The notes under the pieces are model-generated. The model had not been told where the DNA came from, did not search any database, and saw only the letters and a program-made list of their open reading frames with translations. The translations under genes were made by a program, and so were the position numbers. A DNA stretch of 64,000 bases from Rebecca billardiae RCC1528. Its lineage: Eukaryota > Protista > Haptophyta. The stretch covers positions 3,100,001 through 3,164,000 of the forward strand of contig OZ251224.1 of NCBI GenBank assembly GCA_965240325.2, given 5' to 3'. Below are positions 12,401-23,575 of the stretch, piece by piece (within the stretch, counting starts at the first letter, position 1; each line of letters opens with the position of its first letter).

Positions 12401-12734
12401 AAGTCATGCCGCTCGCCCGTCGGGCTGCTGCGCCGCAACACGAGCGCGGAGCGCGAGCCCGCGCCGCACACGGATGCCCCCAGGCCCAGCGCGAGTGCGC
12501 ACGCCGCCCAAACGCGACTCCGACCACCTCGCGCCACGATGAGAGCCGAGCGCGCCGCCCGGAGGGAACTCCGGAGGGAACTCCGGAGGGAAGTGCGCCC
12601 GAAACGAGCCTCGGAGGGAAGTCATGCCGCTCGCCCGTCGGGCTGCTGCGCCGCAACACGAGCGCGGAGCGCGAGCCCGCGCCGCACACGGACGCCCCCA
12701 GGCCCAGCGCGAGTGCGCACGCCGCCCAAACGCG
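6478..12734. repeat. Satellite B: ~28-29 tandem copies of a ~218 bp monomer containing a variable-number 12 bp ggagggaactcc subrepeat
   Basis: The landmark ggatctcatgccgctcgcccgtcggg recurs every 218 bp (for example 7607, 7825, 8043, 8261). Monomers of ~207 or ~230 bp differ by one copy of the 12-mer. Confidence 0.98.
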
Positions 12735-12827
12735 CTAACCACGACCTGTAACCACCACAAAGCAGGCAAGCCCTCGCAGGTTGAGACACAGTGTGTATCA
12801 GGAAGTCAGCCCGCGTCGCGGGGCGCC

Positions 12828-14000
12828 TCACGACACGGGCTCCCAGCTCAGCCGCAGCCGGTCTGAGTACACGAGCGCCGGTCGGCGCGGGTACCCACGC
12901 GTGCGCCCCGCTGTGAATGCCAGCTGGCCGAGCGAGTCCAAGAGCGGCCTGCCACCGAGCGCCGTCTTGTCTCGATCTGCAGCGCGGGCAAGCGCAAACG
13001 GCGCGCACGGCGGCGCAGCGCCCGGCTTGCCGATCGCGCCCGCTCGCTCGGCGGCGGCAGGCCCGTATGAGCACAGCGAGAGCGGGCGCGCGATCGAGCC
13101 GTTGCGCAGCGTGTACCGCACCACGTGCGCCAGCACCACCGTCTCGGGCAGCGCGTCGATGCGCACGCCGCGTCGCTGGAAGTATCGCACGCGGTCGCAC
13201 AGCATCGGCGCCGGCGCGGTGCACATGTTGTCCTTGCGCCGCGTCGGGCTGTCCCACGCACCCGTGAGGTGGGGTGGGCGCGTGGGCGGCTGTGGCGGGT
13301 TCTGCTGACAGCCGGCCGACTCGCGGCACCGATCGTCTGGCTGCGTGCTGAGCAGCAGCCAGTCCGCCACCGTCGCCGGCGGGCACAGCAGCAGGCCTGC
13401 ATCCCAGTCCCTGTCGTGGAACCACATGCGCCGCACGATCGTGCCAGAGATGTAGCTCGCGCCGGGGTACTGCGCGCAGAGGGCGAGCAGGTCGATGTCG
13501 TCAAGCGCGCGTGGGGTACCACTGCCTGGCCCTCCGGGGCCGACGAGAACCACGTCCGCGCGCAGCGCGAGCACGATGTCGTACACGCCGCCGAGCACGC
13601 CGGGCGCGTTGGGTGGCATGCGTGCACGCTCGGCGAGCGAGCCGACGAGCAGCAGCAGCCGACGCTCGAGCGCCGTGCCGCGCGCGATGGAGTGCGCCTG
13701 GACGTCCCAGTCCATCACGTAGCGCAGCCGGCGGCCATACGTCCGGTTCACGCTCTCGAGAGCTGCCGCGGCCGAGAGATGCCCGTAGTCGCGCGGGCAC
13801 GTGCCCAACGCATCGTCCTTGGCGGAGCACGAGACGCCGAGGCTGGTGAGCACCGCGACGTCAGCGACGAGCTGGCCCGAGGCCTCGCGCTCATCCAGGC
13901 GCAGCTGCCGCTCCAGGACGGGCCATGTGTGCCGATGCGTGCGCAGCAGACCCGTCACGATGATGAGCACACGCCTCGTGACCGACCCGGCCGCCATCAT
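12828..14000 (-). CDS. Uncharacterised protein, possibly glycosyltransferase-like
   Basis: 390 aa ORF with coding-like composition. The motifs VLIIVTGLLRT and YDIVLALRADV resemble the 'G..R ... YD.V.R.R.D' pattern of putative algal glycosyltransferase-like proteins (inference). Confidence 0.65.
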   Translation of the reverse strand: MMAAGSVTRRVLIIVTGLLRTHRHTWPVLERQLRLDEREASGQLVADVAVLTSLGVSCSAKDDALGTCPRDYGHLSAAAALESVNRTYGRRLRYVMDWDVQAHSIARGTALERRLLLLVGSLAERARMPPNAPGVLGGVYDIVLALRADVVLVGPGGPGSGTPRALDDIDLLALCAQYPGASYISGTIVRRMWFHDRDWDAGLLLCPPATVADWLLLSTQPDDRCRESAGCQQNPPQPPTRPPHLTGAWDSPTRRKDNMCTAPAPMLCDRVRYFQRRGVRIDALPETVVLAHVVRYTLRNGSIARPLSLCSYGPAAAERAGAIGKPGAAPPCAPFALARAADRDKTALGGRPLLDSLGQLAFTAGRTRGYPRRPALVYSDRLRLSWEPVS

Positions 14001-14236
14001 TTCGGGGTCGGCCGTTTGTCACATCGCGCGACCAGCCGACCACAATCATTTTCTTTTCCTCGTCGGCGCTGCTGATGTCGTCTTTTTACTTTTCATGACG
14101 CGACAGCGACGACGACAAATAACCGAGATGTGCCCTCAGTCCGAGGCTGCGCGCTGCCCGCCTCACGAGCCTTAACGGCCGCCCTGTGCGGCTGGCAGCG
14201 TGGCCGGCGAAGCACTCTGACTGACGGCAGCACGCG

Positions 14237-16192
14237 CTATGGATTCTTCGTCTGCTTGTGCTTCTTCTTGCTCTTCTTCGCCACCTTGTCCACGATCGCC
14301 ATCGACGCCTTCTTGAGCGTGTCCCGGTCGACAATGTCGTCCTCGAGGTCCTCCTCGTACTCCTCCTCCGACGCGGGCTCGTCCGCGGCCACCGGGTCCT
14401 GCGCGGCGGGGTCGGCGCGGCGGGGTCGTGCGCGGAGGGCTGAGCGGCTCACGCGCGCGGGGGGGGGGGGGAAGGGCGGGGATGCGCGCGCCCCTCCCGA
14501 GCACCGCGGCGCGAGGGCGCTGCGCGCGCCTTGATCCGGACGTTGTTCTCAACGACGGGCTCGCGCAGCATGGCTGACTTGTGCAGCTCGCCGTCCAGGT
14601 CGACGCCGTCGCGCGCGAGCGCCTGCGCGCGGGAGGGCACCGGCGGCGCGAATCGCGCGTGAGCGCGCGGCCCGCGCGGCCCGCCCTCCCATCCGCCCGC
14701 CCCGCCGCCGCCGCTCCGCGCCGCGCACGCGCCGCGCGCATCCATCCGGCGGCGGCGCGCGCGCGCGCACCTCCTCCTCCGCGCGCACGGCGCCAAGCAC
14801 GAGCGCAAGCCTGCGCTCGTTCTGCAGCAGCACGTCCACCAGCGAGTCGTCGGTGAGCGGCACGGCGTTCTCGCCGGGCAGGCCGACGGCCTCGAGGTTC
14901 TCGGTGAGGTGCCCGATCCCCGCCTTCACGTCGATCAGCAGCCGCGACATCCGCTCGTACTTGTGCCGCTGCCGCTCGGCGCGCAGCTGCTCCTCCGCGG
15001 TCGCGCTCGGCGCGAGCGGGTCGACGATCGCCTGCGGCACGCGCTCGAGGCTCGCCACGTCGGACTGCGCGGCGTAGGAGAGCGTCTCGACGCGCTCCTG
15101 CAGCTGGCGCTTCTGCTCCGCCAGCGCGTCGATCTTGCGCTGCGACTCCTCCGTCATCGCCACGAGCGACTTGTGCGTCTCCTCCTGCGCGATGAACTTT
15201 TGGATCACCTCGTTCACGTCGGAGACCGAGGTCGCCTCCTTGATCTCGCGGAACGCGGCCTCGTACGCGGCGATCTTGGCCTGCTCCTCCTCGATGTCGG
15301 CCTCGGTGACCTGCGACGCGCCGGGCGCCGCGCGCCGCGCCTCCTCCGCGTGCTCCGCCTCGCGCGCCGCCTCGCGCCGCGCCTTCTCCCTGCGCTCGAG
15401 CTCGGCGCTCATCTCGTGCTTGCGCGCGACGAGCGCGCGCCGCTCCTGCAGCTCCTTCTCGCGCGCCTTGCGCTCCTCGCCGACGATGGCCTCGAACTTG
15501 GTGAGCTCCTGCTTGGCCATCTCCTTCGAGTGGTTCGCGTCGTGCGACATCAGCAGCAGCTGCTCGTAGTCCGCCTCCTTCGCCTTGAGCGTCGCCTCGG
15601 CCGCCTGCAGCTGGTTGGCGAACGAGACGCGCTCGTCCTTGAGCCGTCGAACGATCTGCTCGTACGTCTTGCGCACTTCCTGCGCGTCCTCGTACCGCGC
15701 GACGGCGCGCTCGAGCCGGCGCTCGAGCGTCTTGATCTCCTTCACGATCGGGTTGTCCGACGTCGGCCGCTTCGCCTCGTTCGACAGCTCGCGCAGCCGG
15801 TTGGCCATGTCGTCCAGCTGGCGTCGCTTCATCAGGTTTGTGTGCGCGAGCTCGTCGTGCCGTCTGCGCAGCGAGATGATCTGCTCGTCGAGCTTCTTGA
15901 GCTCGGGCGTGATGTCTTTCCGCGCGCGCCGCGCCGTGCTCGCGCCGCTCTGCGTCGTCGCCGAGCTCTCGCCGACCGTGCTCGCAGTCCCAGGCGCCAC
16001 GCTCGGCCGGCGCGCCGTGCTCGCCGCGGACGCGCCGCTGCCCGCGGGCATCGTGGCCGCCTTGACGTTGTCGTGCGTGACTTTCGCCTCCTCCTCCAGC
16101 GCATTGAAGCGCTTGTGCAGCTCCGTCAGCTCCTCGTCCTGCTCGCCCCCATAGCCTGCCGGCCGTCGTCGGGCTGGCCGCACAGCGGTCAT
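14237..16192 (-). CDS. CCDC151: Outer dynein arm docking complex subunit (ODA-DC1/CCDC151/ODAD3 family); 3 exons: 16192-14771, 14622-14530, 14398-14237
   Basis: Coiled coil with the family motif LERRLERAVARYEDAQEVRKTYEQIVRRLKDERVSFANQL, then ENNVRI and an acidic/basic tail DDIVDRDTLKKASMAIVDK..KKKHK. Introns 14623-14770 (GT-AG) and 14399-14529 (GC-AG) keep the frame. Confidence 0.82.
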
Positions 16193-16389
16193 CGTCGTTT
16201 CCGATGCAGTGCACGATGGCGGCTGCACACCGTAACCGCAGCCGGCAAGCTCCACCTTCTCACAGTCAAGGCTTCAACCTGCCGCGCGGGAGCGCTGGAG
16301 CAAGCCCTTGGCTGGAGGCACCCGGACGGGGTTCAAGGTGGCGCCGGCAAACGGCCCGCCCCGCGAGGAGTTCGAATTCGCGAGCTCGG

Positions 16390-19300
16390 ATGGGGAGCGT
16401 GCTGCGCAACGACGTGGAGCACGCGTGGCGCGAGCGGTTGCACCGACGGGAGGCCAACCTCGTCTCGGCGGTCCAGCTCGTCACGCCGGACGCGCTGCCG
16501 CTGCGCTTCGCGCAGCCGCTGCCGGGCGCGCACGCGGCCGCACTCGCGGCGGCTCGCGCCGCGGCCAAGCGCGAGCTCGAGCCTCGGCCGCTCCCGGGCG
16601 CGAGCCCGCGCGCGGCGGTGGCGGTGTCGACCGCGGACGACTCGCCCGGCGCGGTCGGCGTGCGCGAGACCCCCGACTCCGGCCTCGTGCACGCGCCGTA
16701 CCTCGTCGCTCACCCGGGCGGCGCGGCGCGAGCGCAGCTCGCCGCCGCCGAGGCCGAGGCTGCGCGCTGGCGCGAGCAGGCGCGCTCCATGAGCGCGGCG
16801 GAGGTGTCGCGCGAGGCGCGGCTGGAGGAGGCGCAGCGCAGCCTCGAGAGCGAGCGCAGCCTCCGCCAGGACGCCGAGTTCGAGCTGCACGACGCGAGCG
16901 TCGCCGCCGAAGCGTCGGCGCGCGAGGCGCAGCTGCTGCGCGCCGTGCTGCACGGCCGCGAGCGCGAGCGCGCGGCGACGCTGCACCAGCTGCGCGCGCG
17001 GCTGGCGGAGACGGAGGCGCTGCGCGCGCGCGAGCTGCGCGTGCGCGCGCGCGAGCGCGCCGCCGCGCGCCGCGAGGCGCACGCGGCAAACCTCGCGCGC
17101 GCGCGTGGCGGCTCGGCGGACCAGCAGGCGCGGCGCGCGGCGCGGTGGCGCGCGGCGGCGCTGGGCGCGGCGGAGGCGGTGCGCGCGCTGGAGGCGGGTC
17201 TGGCCGAGCTCGAGGCGCGCGCGTCGAGCGCAGAGCACGAGCGCGTCGGCGCGCAGCTCCTCCTCCTGCAGACGCACGAGGCCCTGGGCACCGACATCGG
17301 CGCCTCCGCCAAGCTGGCAGCCATGCGCGACTCTGTCGCTCGGTACGCGCGCTCGCAGGGGGCGGCGGGCGCGCGCGCCGACGCGGCCGGGGCGGTGGCG
17401 GAGGAGGGCGGCGAGGCGGGGCGGGAGGAGGCGGGTGATCAGAGCGCGACGGCGCGCAGGCGCACCGCTGCCGACGCGCTGCGCCGCGTCGCCGCCGCCG
17501 AGGACGCCGACGGCGACGCTGATGACGGCGCGGCCGGCGGCGCGAGCGGACGCTCCGACCGGAGGCGGCGCGCGGGCACGGCCGACGGGCACGGCGGCGG
17601 CGTGCTGCTCGCGGCGGACGTGGAGACGGTCGCGTGGGAGGCCGAGCCCGCGCGCGCCGACGGCCGCGTCGACCTCGCCCGCGCGCTCGACGCCGCCGAC
17701 GACGACGAGGCCTTTCCGCCGGACGGAGGCCGCGCGCGCGGGCTGCTTGGCAGCTCGGTGCTCGGCGCGCGCGCCGCTTGGCCGGACGCGGGCGCGCCGC
17801 GCGCCGAGTGGGAGTGGGCGCGCGGGCTGCTGGAGGCGCTGGAGCGCGGAGAGCTCGCCGGCGGCGAGCTCGCTGCGGCGCAGACCGAGCTCGCCGCGCA
17901 CGACGAGGCGGCCCCGGCGCGCGCGAGCGCGCGCGGCGCGCCGATCGCCGAGCGCGCGCGCTCGCGCCGCGCCGAGCTCGCCGCCGCGGCGGAGAGGCGA
18001 TCTGGTCTGCAGCCTCGCGCGTCGAGCCTCGAGACGCGCGAGGCGACGCTGCTCAGGCGCACGCGCGAGCGCGCCGAGGCGGACGCGAACGCCGCGCGCG
18101 CGCAGCTCGCGGACCTCGCCGAGCGCGCCGCCGCCGCCGAGGGCCGCGCCGAGGCGGCGCTCGTGCGCGCGGGCGGTGCGGAGGCGAGCGCGCGCGCACA
18201 CGCGCAGCGCGCGGACGCGCTCGACGCGCGGCTGAGCGGGGCGAGCGCGGAGGCGCAGGCGCAGCGCGAGCGCGCGGACGTGGCGGAGAGGCGGGCGGCC
18301 GCGGCGGAGGAGGCGCGTGCGCACGCGGCGGGCAAGCTCGATGCCGCGATGCAACTGGCTGTGCTCACACCAGGTGCGGCGGCCGGCGGCGGCGGCGGCG
18401 GCTCGGCTGATGCCGCCGCCGCGGCGGGCGGCGCGCTCGAGCTGACGCGCCAGCTGGCGAGCGCGCATGGCGAGCTGCGCGCCGCGCGCGTGCGCATCGC
18501 CGAGCTCACGTCGGAGGCGGAGCAGCTCCGCGTGCGCGCGGACGCGCACGCCCGAGGCCGCGGCAGCGCGGGCGGCGGTGGCGGTGCCGGCGATGGCGCC
18601 GACGGCGGCGGCGGCAGCGCGCGCCACCCGGCGCCTGAGCCGCGCACCGCCGCCGCGGCCGCGCTCGAGGCGAGGTGCGATGCGCTGCAGACCGAGCGCG
18701 CGGGCCTGCGCGCCGAGCTCGAGCACGTGCGCGCCGAGCTCGTCGCCGCGCGCGCGCGCGCGGAGGACGTCGCGGCCGAGTCGGCGCGTGAGCAAGCGGC
18801 TGCGGCGCGCTCGCACAGCGCGCTCAGCGCCGAGCGCGCGCGCGCGGAGAGTGCGGAGAAGCGTGAGCAAGCGGCGCTGGCGGGCGCGCGCGGCGCGGCG
18901 CCGCTCGCCGCGGCGGACCGCTCCGCGGCGCAGCTCGAGGCGTCGTCGCAGAAGGTGCGCGCGCGCGCCGCGAGCGCGGGCGGCAGGGTCCCTCGCGCCT
19001 CCGCCGCCGGCCGCGCGGACGCCCGGGGGCGCTGCGCGGACACGGCGCATCGCCCCCGCCCCACGACGCCCACCCACGGCCCGTGGCTCGGCCGCCCGCC
19101 CGCCCGCCTGCCTCCGCCCGCGCACTCACCGCCCGCCACGGCTCGGCCGCCGCCCGCGCGCCGCGCCGCAGCTGAAGCGCGTCCGAGCGCTCGGCGCCGC
19201 GAGCAGCGCGCACGCGCATCACGCTGAGCAGCTCGCGGCGTGCGCCAAGCTCAGAGCGGTGCTTCGCGCGGGCGAGGTGCGCGCGCTCTCGCGCGCGGTG

Positions 19301-20060
19301 TGGAGCTGGTGGGCGATGGCAGCGGCCAGCGCAGCCGCGGCGCCGCCGCATGGCCCGCCACGCGCCCGGGGCGCGGGCGGCGCGGGCGGCGCGGGCGGCG
19401 CGGGCGGCACGCTCGCGCTGCCGCTTCCGCCCGGTCCGAGCCCGCTCCCGCCGCCGCCGCGCTCGCGCCCGGCGGCCGAGCGGAGCCCAGGCGCAGCGGC
19501 GGCGCTCGACCCACTCGCCGCCATCGCCGGCACGGCCGACCCCGCTGCCGCGCCCCGCGCTGCGCCGCTCAGCGCCGCCGCTCCAGCCGTGGGCGCGCGC
19601 GACACCGATCCATTGGCCGCGCTGGCGGCGGCGCGCGGTGATCCACGTGCGCACGGCGCGGCAGCGGCGGCGGCGGCCGCAGCGGCGGTGGCGGAGGTGG
19701 AGTCGGGGGCGCCCGTGCGCAGCCAGAGGGTGGCGCTGCCGCCGCAGGCACTGGTACCGACGCACAGGCCCACACCCGCCGCGCCCTCCGCCCCGCGCAC
19801 CACCGACCCACTGCTCGCGATCGCGGCGGGCGCGAGCGTGCGAGGCGCCGAGCGGCCTTCGGCCGCGTGCGAGCGGTCTTTGGCCGCAGGCGCGCGCGGA
19901 GACGCGTCGGGCGCGCAGTCCGAGCTCTCACCTGTGCAGCCCGGCGGCGCGTCTGCCAAGCTGAGCCGCGCGCCGATGGGCTCGATGTCGCGCCAGCACG
20001 CCATCTCGCCGCAGGCCAAGGTGCCGCAGGCGCACGCCCTCCCCCGCGCCATCACATCCT

Positions 20061-20091
<31 letters not shown>

Positions 20092-20643
20092 TCGGCCGGC
20101 GGCGACAGCGTCGAGCGCGGCCTCGGTGCCGCAGGCCGCTGCTGGTGGGAGCAGCTCGGCACGCACGGAGCCGACGGGAGCGCGCGTGCCCGCTGCGCCC
20201 AGCAGCACGACCCCACCGCCGCCACCGCCGAGGACCGCGCCCGCCCCCGCCCAGCCCGCCCCTCCCGAGCCCGCCGCCGCGGAGCCAAGCGGAGCCGCGG
20301 CTGCAGTGGATGAGCTGATTGCCGCGCGCGCGGCCGAGGTGCGCGAGAGGAGAGAACGGTGCGCTGCAGCGCCGCCGTCGTTCGTGGGCGCGCCCGCGCG
20401 TGCGCTCGACGGTGGCCTCGCTGCGGGCGCCCCCGCTCACCGCACGCTGGCACTCCCCCGCGCACCCCGCTACCACCACCGCCACGCGGCTGCAGGGCGA
20501 GCGCGGCCATTGCCGTGACGCGCGACGACGACCCGGCAGAGGACCCGCTTGCAGAGTTCGACATCACGATGGACGTGGAGGCAGAGCACTCGGAAGGGGA
20601 CATCTCCTTTGCGAGCATCGAGGACGACGAGATGAACTGGTAA
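16390..20643 (+). CDS. Large coiled-coil protein with a Pro-rich region and an acidic C-terminus ending in Trp; exons 16390-18954, 19172-20358, 20496-20643
   Basis: Three ORF segments join in frame through GT-AG introns 18955-19171 (phase 0) and 20359-20495 (phase 2). The protein has A/E/R-rich heptads, poly-Pro runs, repeated DPL(A/L)A(I/L)A and ends ...SIEDDEMNW*. Confidence 0.72.
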
Positions 20644-20805
20644 CTAGCAGCAGAAGCACCAGCGCCTGGCGCCGCAGCGAGCCAAGTGCGCCGGCACTGT
20701 GATGAGCGCACCTGCTCAACGCAGCAGCCTATTAATGGCTAAGTTACATACAGTGCTCTGCTCGAGGCGCCACCACCGCCGCCGATGACGTTCGATTTAT
20801 AATAA

Positions 20806-20892
20806 TAATGGCCCGCGGTGCAGGGCGGAGCGCGTAGCGCGGAGCCCCGCCGGGGGCCCTCACTACGTTGTCAAAACAAAGATCTTTTGATC
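20806..20892 (+). mobile_element. Transposon-end-like sequence; inverted copy at 25280-25365
   Basis: taatggcccgcggtgcagggcggagcgcg...aaagatcttttgatc matches the reverse complement of 25280-25365, with the first ~29 bp identical. Confidence 0.6.
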
Positions 20893-20962
20893 TTACAGAA
20901 TACAGTTCAGCGCAACGGACAGCACTGCAGACAGCACTACCTGTTGATGACTGATCGGCGAA

Positions 20963-22456
20963 TCAGCTCAGTGCTGCGTCTGCTGCGGCGGTGCCTTCGA
21001 CTTGGCGGCCTCTCTCATGGTCAAAGGCGTCGTCTGCGCCCACCCGGGGGCCAGCCGAGGGCGGCGAGGCTGCTGCAAGCGGCTCCCCAATGGACGTAGG
21101 CAGGCCGCGCGAGAGCGCGAGCGCGAGCGCTCCGAGCGCCGCGACCGCAAAGAAGGCCAGGTGCTCGTCGAGCGGCGGGGCCTTGCCAGCGAGCCACGCG
21201 ATGAGCGAGCCGCCGAGCACGGGGCCAACGGAGCGCGCGGCGCACGCCAGCGTCTGCCCCACCCCGTTCGCGGCGCCAAGCGCCTCGGCGGGCGCCGAGT
21301 TGCTGATGAAGAGCATGGTGCACGTGAAGAGCGACGAGACAAAAACGGCCGAGATCAGCTGCAGAGCGCCCAGGGTGACGAGCAGGGGCACGAGCGCGCC
21401 GCTGCCGTCGGCGTGGCGCGCGGGGGACTCGAGGCGGTTGGTGAACGGCGTGAGCGCGTACGCGAGCACCGGCGGCAGCCAGCTCCACCGGTACGTGCGC
21501 AGCAGCCCGAGTGTTCGCACCACTGCGGGGAAGAGCAGCAGCTGAGAGCATAGGATGCCCGCGCCTCCGAGCGCCTGTAGGAGGCCGATGGTGCGCGTGT
21601 CGAAGCGCAGCCCGCCCTCGGCCATGGGCAGCTTGGCCCACAGCACCCACACCTCCTGCACCACCGCCACCGCGAACGCGACCACCCCGTAATGGGCCGC
21701 GCACAGCCACGTGAGCGCGCTCGGCCGCGCGGGCGCGCCGCCCGATGCTGACCGGCCTGCCGGGCTCGGCGAGGCGACGGGGTCGAGCAGGGGCTGGCCG
21801 AGCTGGCGCATGCGCGACGAGCGCGGCGGCAGTGTCTCGGTGAGGCACGCCCACGCCACGACGCTCGCCACCGCGCTGCACACGCCGCACAAGCAGCATG
21901 GCAGCGCGAATGGAAAACGGGCGAACAGCGAGCCGGCGGGGAAGGCGCTCGGCCACGTGGCCGAAGGCTGGGAGAGCGCGCCGCCGAGCGCCGGGCCGAT
22001 GAGCATGCCGACGCCGAAGCAGGTGGTCAGGATGCCGAACGCGCGCGCGCGGTTCGTCTGATCTGTGATCTCCGAGAGGTACGTCTTGGTCACGCCGATG
22101 TTGCCGTTGCACAGGCCGCGCAGCGAGCGCGCGGACAGTGCCATCGCAAACGAGGTGGAGAAGCCGAAGATCGGGATGCAGACGGTGGTGGATAGGAGGC
22201 CGGCCAATAGCACGGGTCGACGGCCGATTCGGTCGCTCAGCACGCCCCACGGGTACGAGCCCAGGAACTCTGCAAGGCTCGCCATCCCGATGATGACGCC
22301 GCTGTAGTAGCCGATGCGCGGGTCGTCGTCCTCCAGGTGCATGAACTGCTGCACCATGAACGGGGAGAACGGGAGACACATCGTGAAGGACAGTGCCTCC
22401 GAGAAGTTCATCCACGCCACCACCGCCAGCCGAGCCGCGGGCAGCGGCGTCGACAT
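20963..22456 (-). CDS. MFS transporter, ZIFL/TetA-like (DHA1 group)
   Basis: About 12 hydrophobic segments, MFS motif A WGVLSDRIGRRPVLL, GLCNGNIGVTKTYLSEITDQTNRARAF and IGPALGGAL. Probable ATG at 22456. Confidence 0.9.
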   Translation of the reverse strand: MSTPLPAARLAVVAWMNFSEALSFTMCLPFSPFMVQQFMHLEDDDPRIGYYSGVIIGMASLAEFLGSYPWGVLSDRIGRRPVLLAGLLSTTVCIPIFGFSTSFAMALSARSLRGLCNGNIGVTKTYLSEITDQTNRARAFGILTTCFGVGMLIGPALGGALSQPSATWPSAFPAGSLFARFPFALPCCLCGVCSAVASVVAWACLTETLPPRSSRMRQLGQPLLDPVASPSPAGRSASGGAPARPSALTWLCAAHYGVVAFAVAVVQEVWVLWAKLPMAEGGLRFDTRTIGLLQALGGAGILCSQLLLFPAVVRTLGLLRTYRWSWLPPVLAYALTPFTNRLESPARHADGSGALVPLLVTLGALQLISAVFVSSLFTCTMLFISNSAPAEALGAANGVGQTLACAARSVGPVLGGSLIAWLAGKAPPLDEHLAFFAVAALGALALALSRGLPTSIGEPLAAASPPSAGPRVGADDAFDHERGRQVEGTAAADAALS

Positions 22457-22603
22457 ACCTCCGTGGAGATTCCCTCGCGACCGTGGCCGGCCGGTGCCAC
22501 CGCGCCAAGCGCCAAGGCGGCAGCGGCCCAAGCCCCCAGCGTCCGGTGACAGCTGCAGCCCACGAGGCCCGCGCGAGCACGGGCGGCAATCATGGTGGTC
22601 GGC

Positions 22604-23465
22604 ATGTTGAGAACGCACCTTGCGAACAACTGGGGATGGTACCTCTTCGGCGGGACGGTGGGTGGGCTAGGGAACTACGTGTACTGCTCATATGCGTCCG
22701 GCGTGCGGCGACGGGAGCTGCTCGACCGCATCGAGGACGCGCTCCCCGTGAATGCCGACGAGCTGCTTGAGCTGCGCACGCACAATGAGGTGCGCGCGGC
22801 GCAGCTGCTCGAGCTGCAGCAGCGGCTGGGGACGGGCAGGCGACCCAAAGCCGTGGACGGGCAGATCACCCTCAGCGATTTCATCGCCGCCCTGCCGGGC
22901 TCTGTGGGGGGCGAGCTCGCCGAGCAGTACGCTTTGGAGCGCATGCTCTTCGCGATGAGCGACAACGGCCGCGAGCAAGTCAAGCTGGCCGATGCGACCG
23001 CTGGCCTGATGTTCGTCGGCTTGGACTCTGTGGACGCGCGCATGAGCGCGATGTTCCGCGCGTACACCGCGCCGCAGCCGCCGCAGGCCCAGCCCCTCGA
23101 CGCGGTCCCGCTCGAGCATGTGCGCTCGCTGCTCGGCGCGCTGCTCGCGACCAACCAGCTGCCAGTCGAGAAGCGCGCGCGCGAGGTGAAGCGGCCCTTC
23201 TACCTGCCCAACAACTGGGACGAAGTGACGGTGGACGTGCTGATGGAGGCGGTCCCCGAGGCCGACGCCGCGCGCGGCGCGCTCTCCGAGGAGGGCTTCA
23301 AGCGCTTCCTCTGCAGCAACGAGGTGTGCATCTGGGGCGAGTGCTACCGCCTGGCCGAGGAGGAGGAGAGGCGCAAGGCCATCGAGCTCAAGGCCGAGCG
23401 GGAGCGCAACCCGCCGTGGTGGGCGTTCTGGCGCTCGAAGCCGAGCGCGGCGGAGGACCCAGCGC

Positions 23466-23497
<32 letters not shown>

Positions 23498-23575
23498 TCC
23501 ACCGCCAGTGCGTCCGCCGCCGCCGCCACCTCGGCTGGAGAAGGCTCGCCGCCACCATCCAGCGAGTCTCAATGA
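22604..23575 (+). CDS. Membrane-anchored protein with degenerate EF-hands (calcineurin-B/recoverin-like layout)
   Basis: N-terminal hydrophobic segment NNWGWYLFGGTVGGLGNYVY. EF-like segments DGQITLSDFIAAL, DARMSAMFRAY and GALSEEGFKRFL. An alternative ATG lies at 22592. Confidence 0.7.

Noticed and set aside
4705-12734. CRISPR-like or guide-RNA array, or a tandem 5S/snRNA/tRNA gene array
   Set aside because: There are no unique spacers because whole monomers repeat, and no Cas/Tas/Fanzor-like gene is adjacent. I recognise no 5S, U-snRNA or tRNA motifs or Pol III T-run terminators. An Rfam search would be the formal test.
4531-12769. Long ORFs (up to 835 aa) across both satellites as repeat proteins
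   Set aside because: All frames are open because of extreme GC. The 218 and 224 bp monomers shift frame every unit, and the translations are R/A/P-rich with no consistent frame.
4584-12783. Possible TIRs (caacctg ... caggttg) bounding the satellite island as one transposon
   Set aside because: Only 7 bp match exactly and there is no TSD, which is expected by chance.
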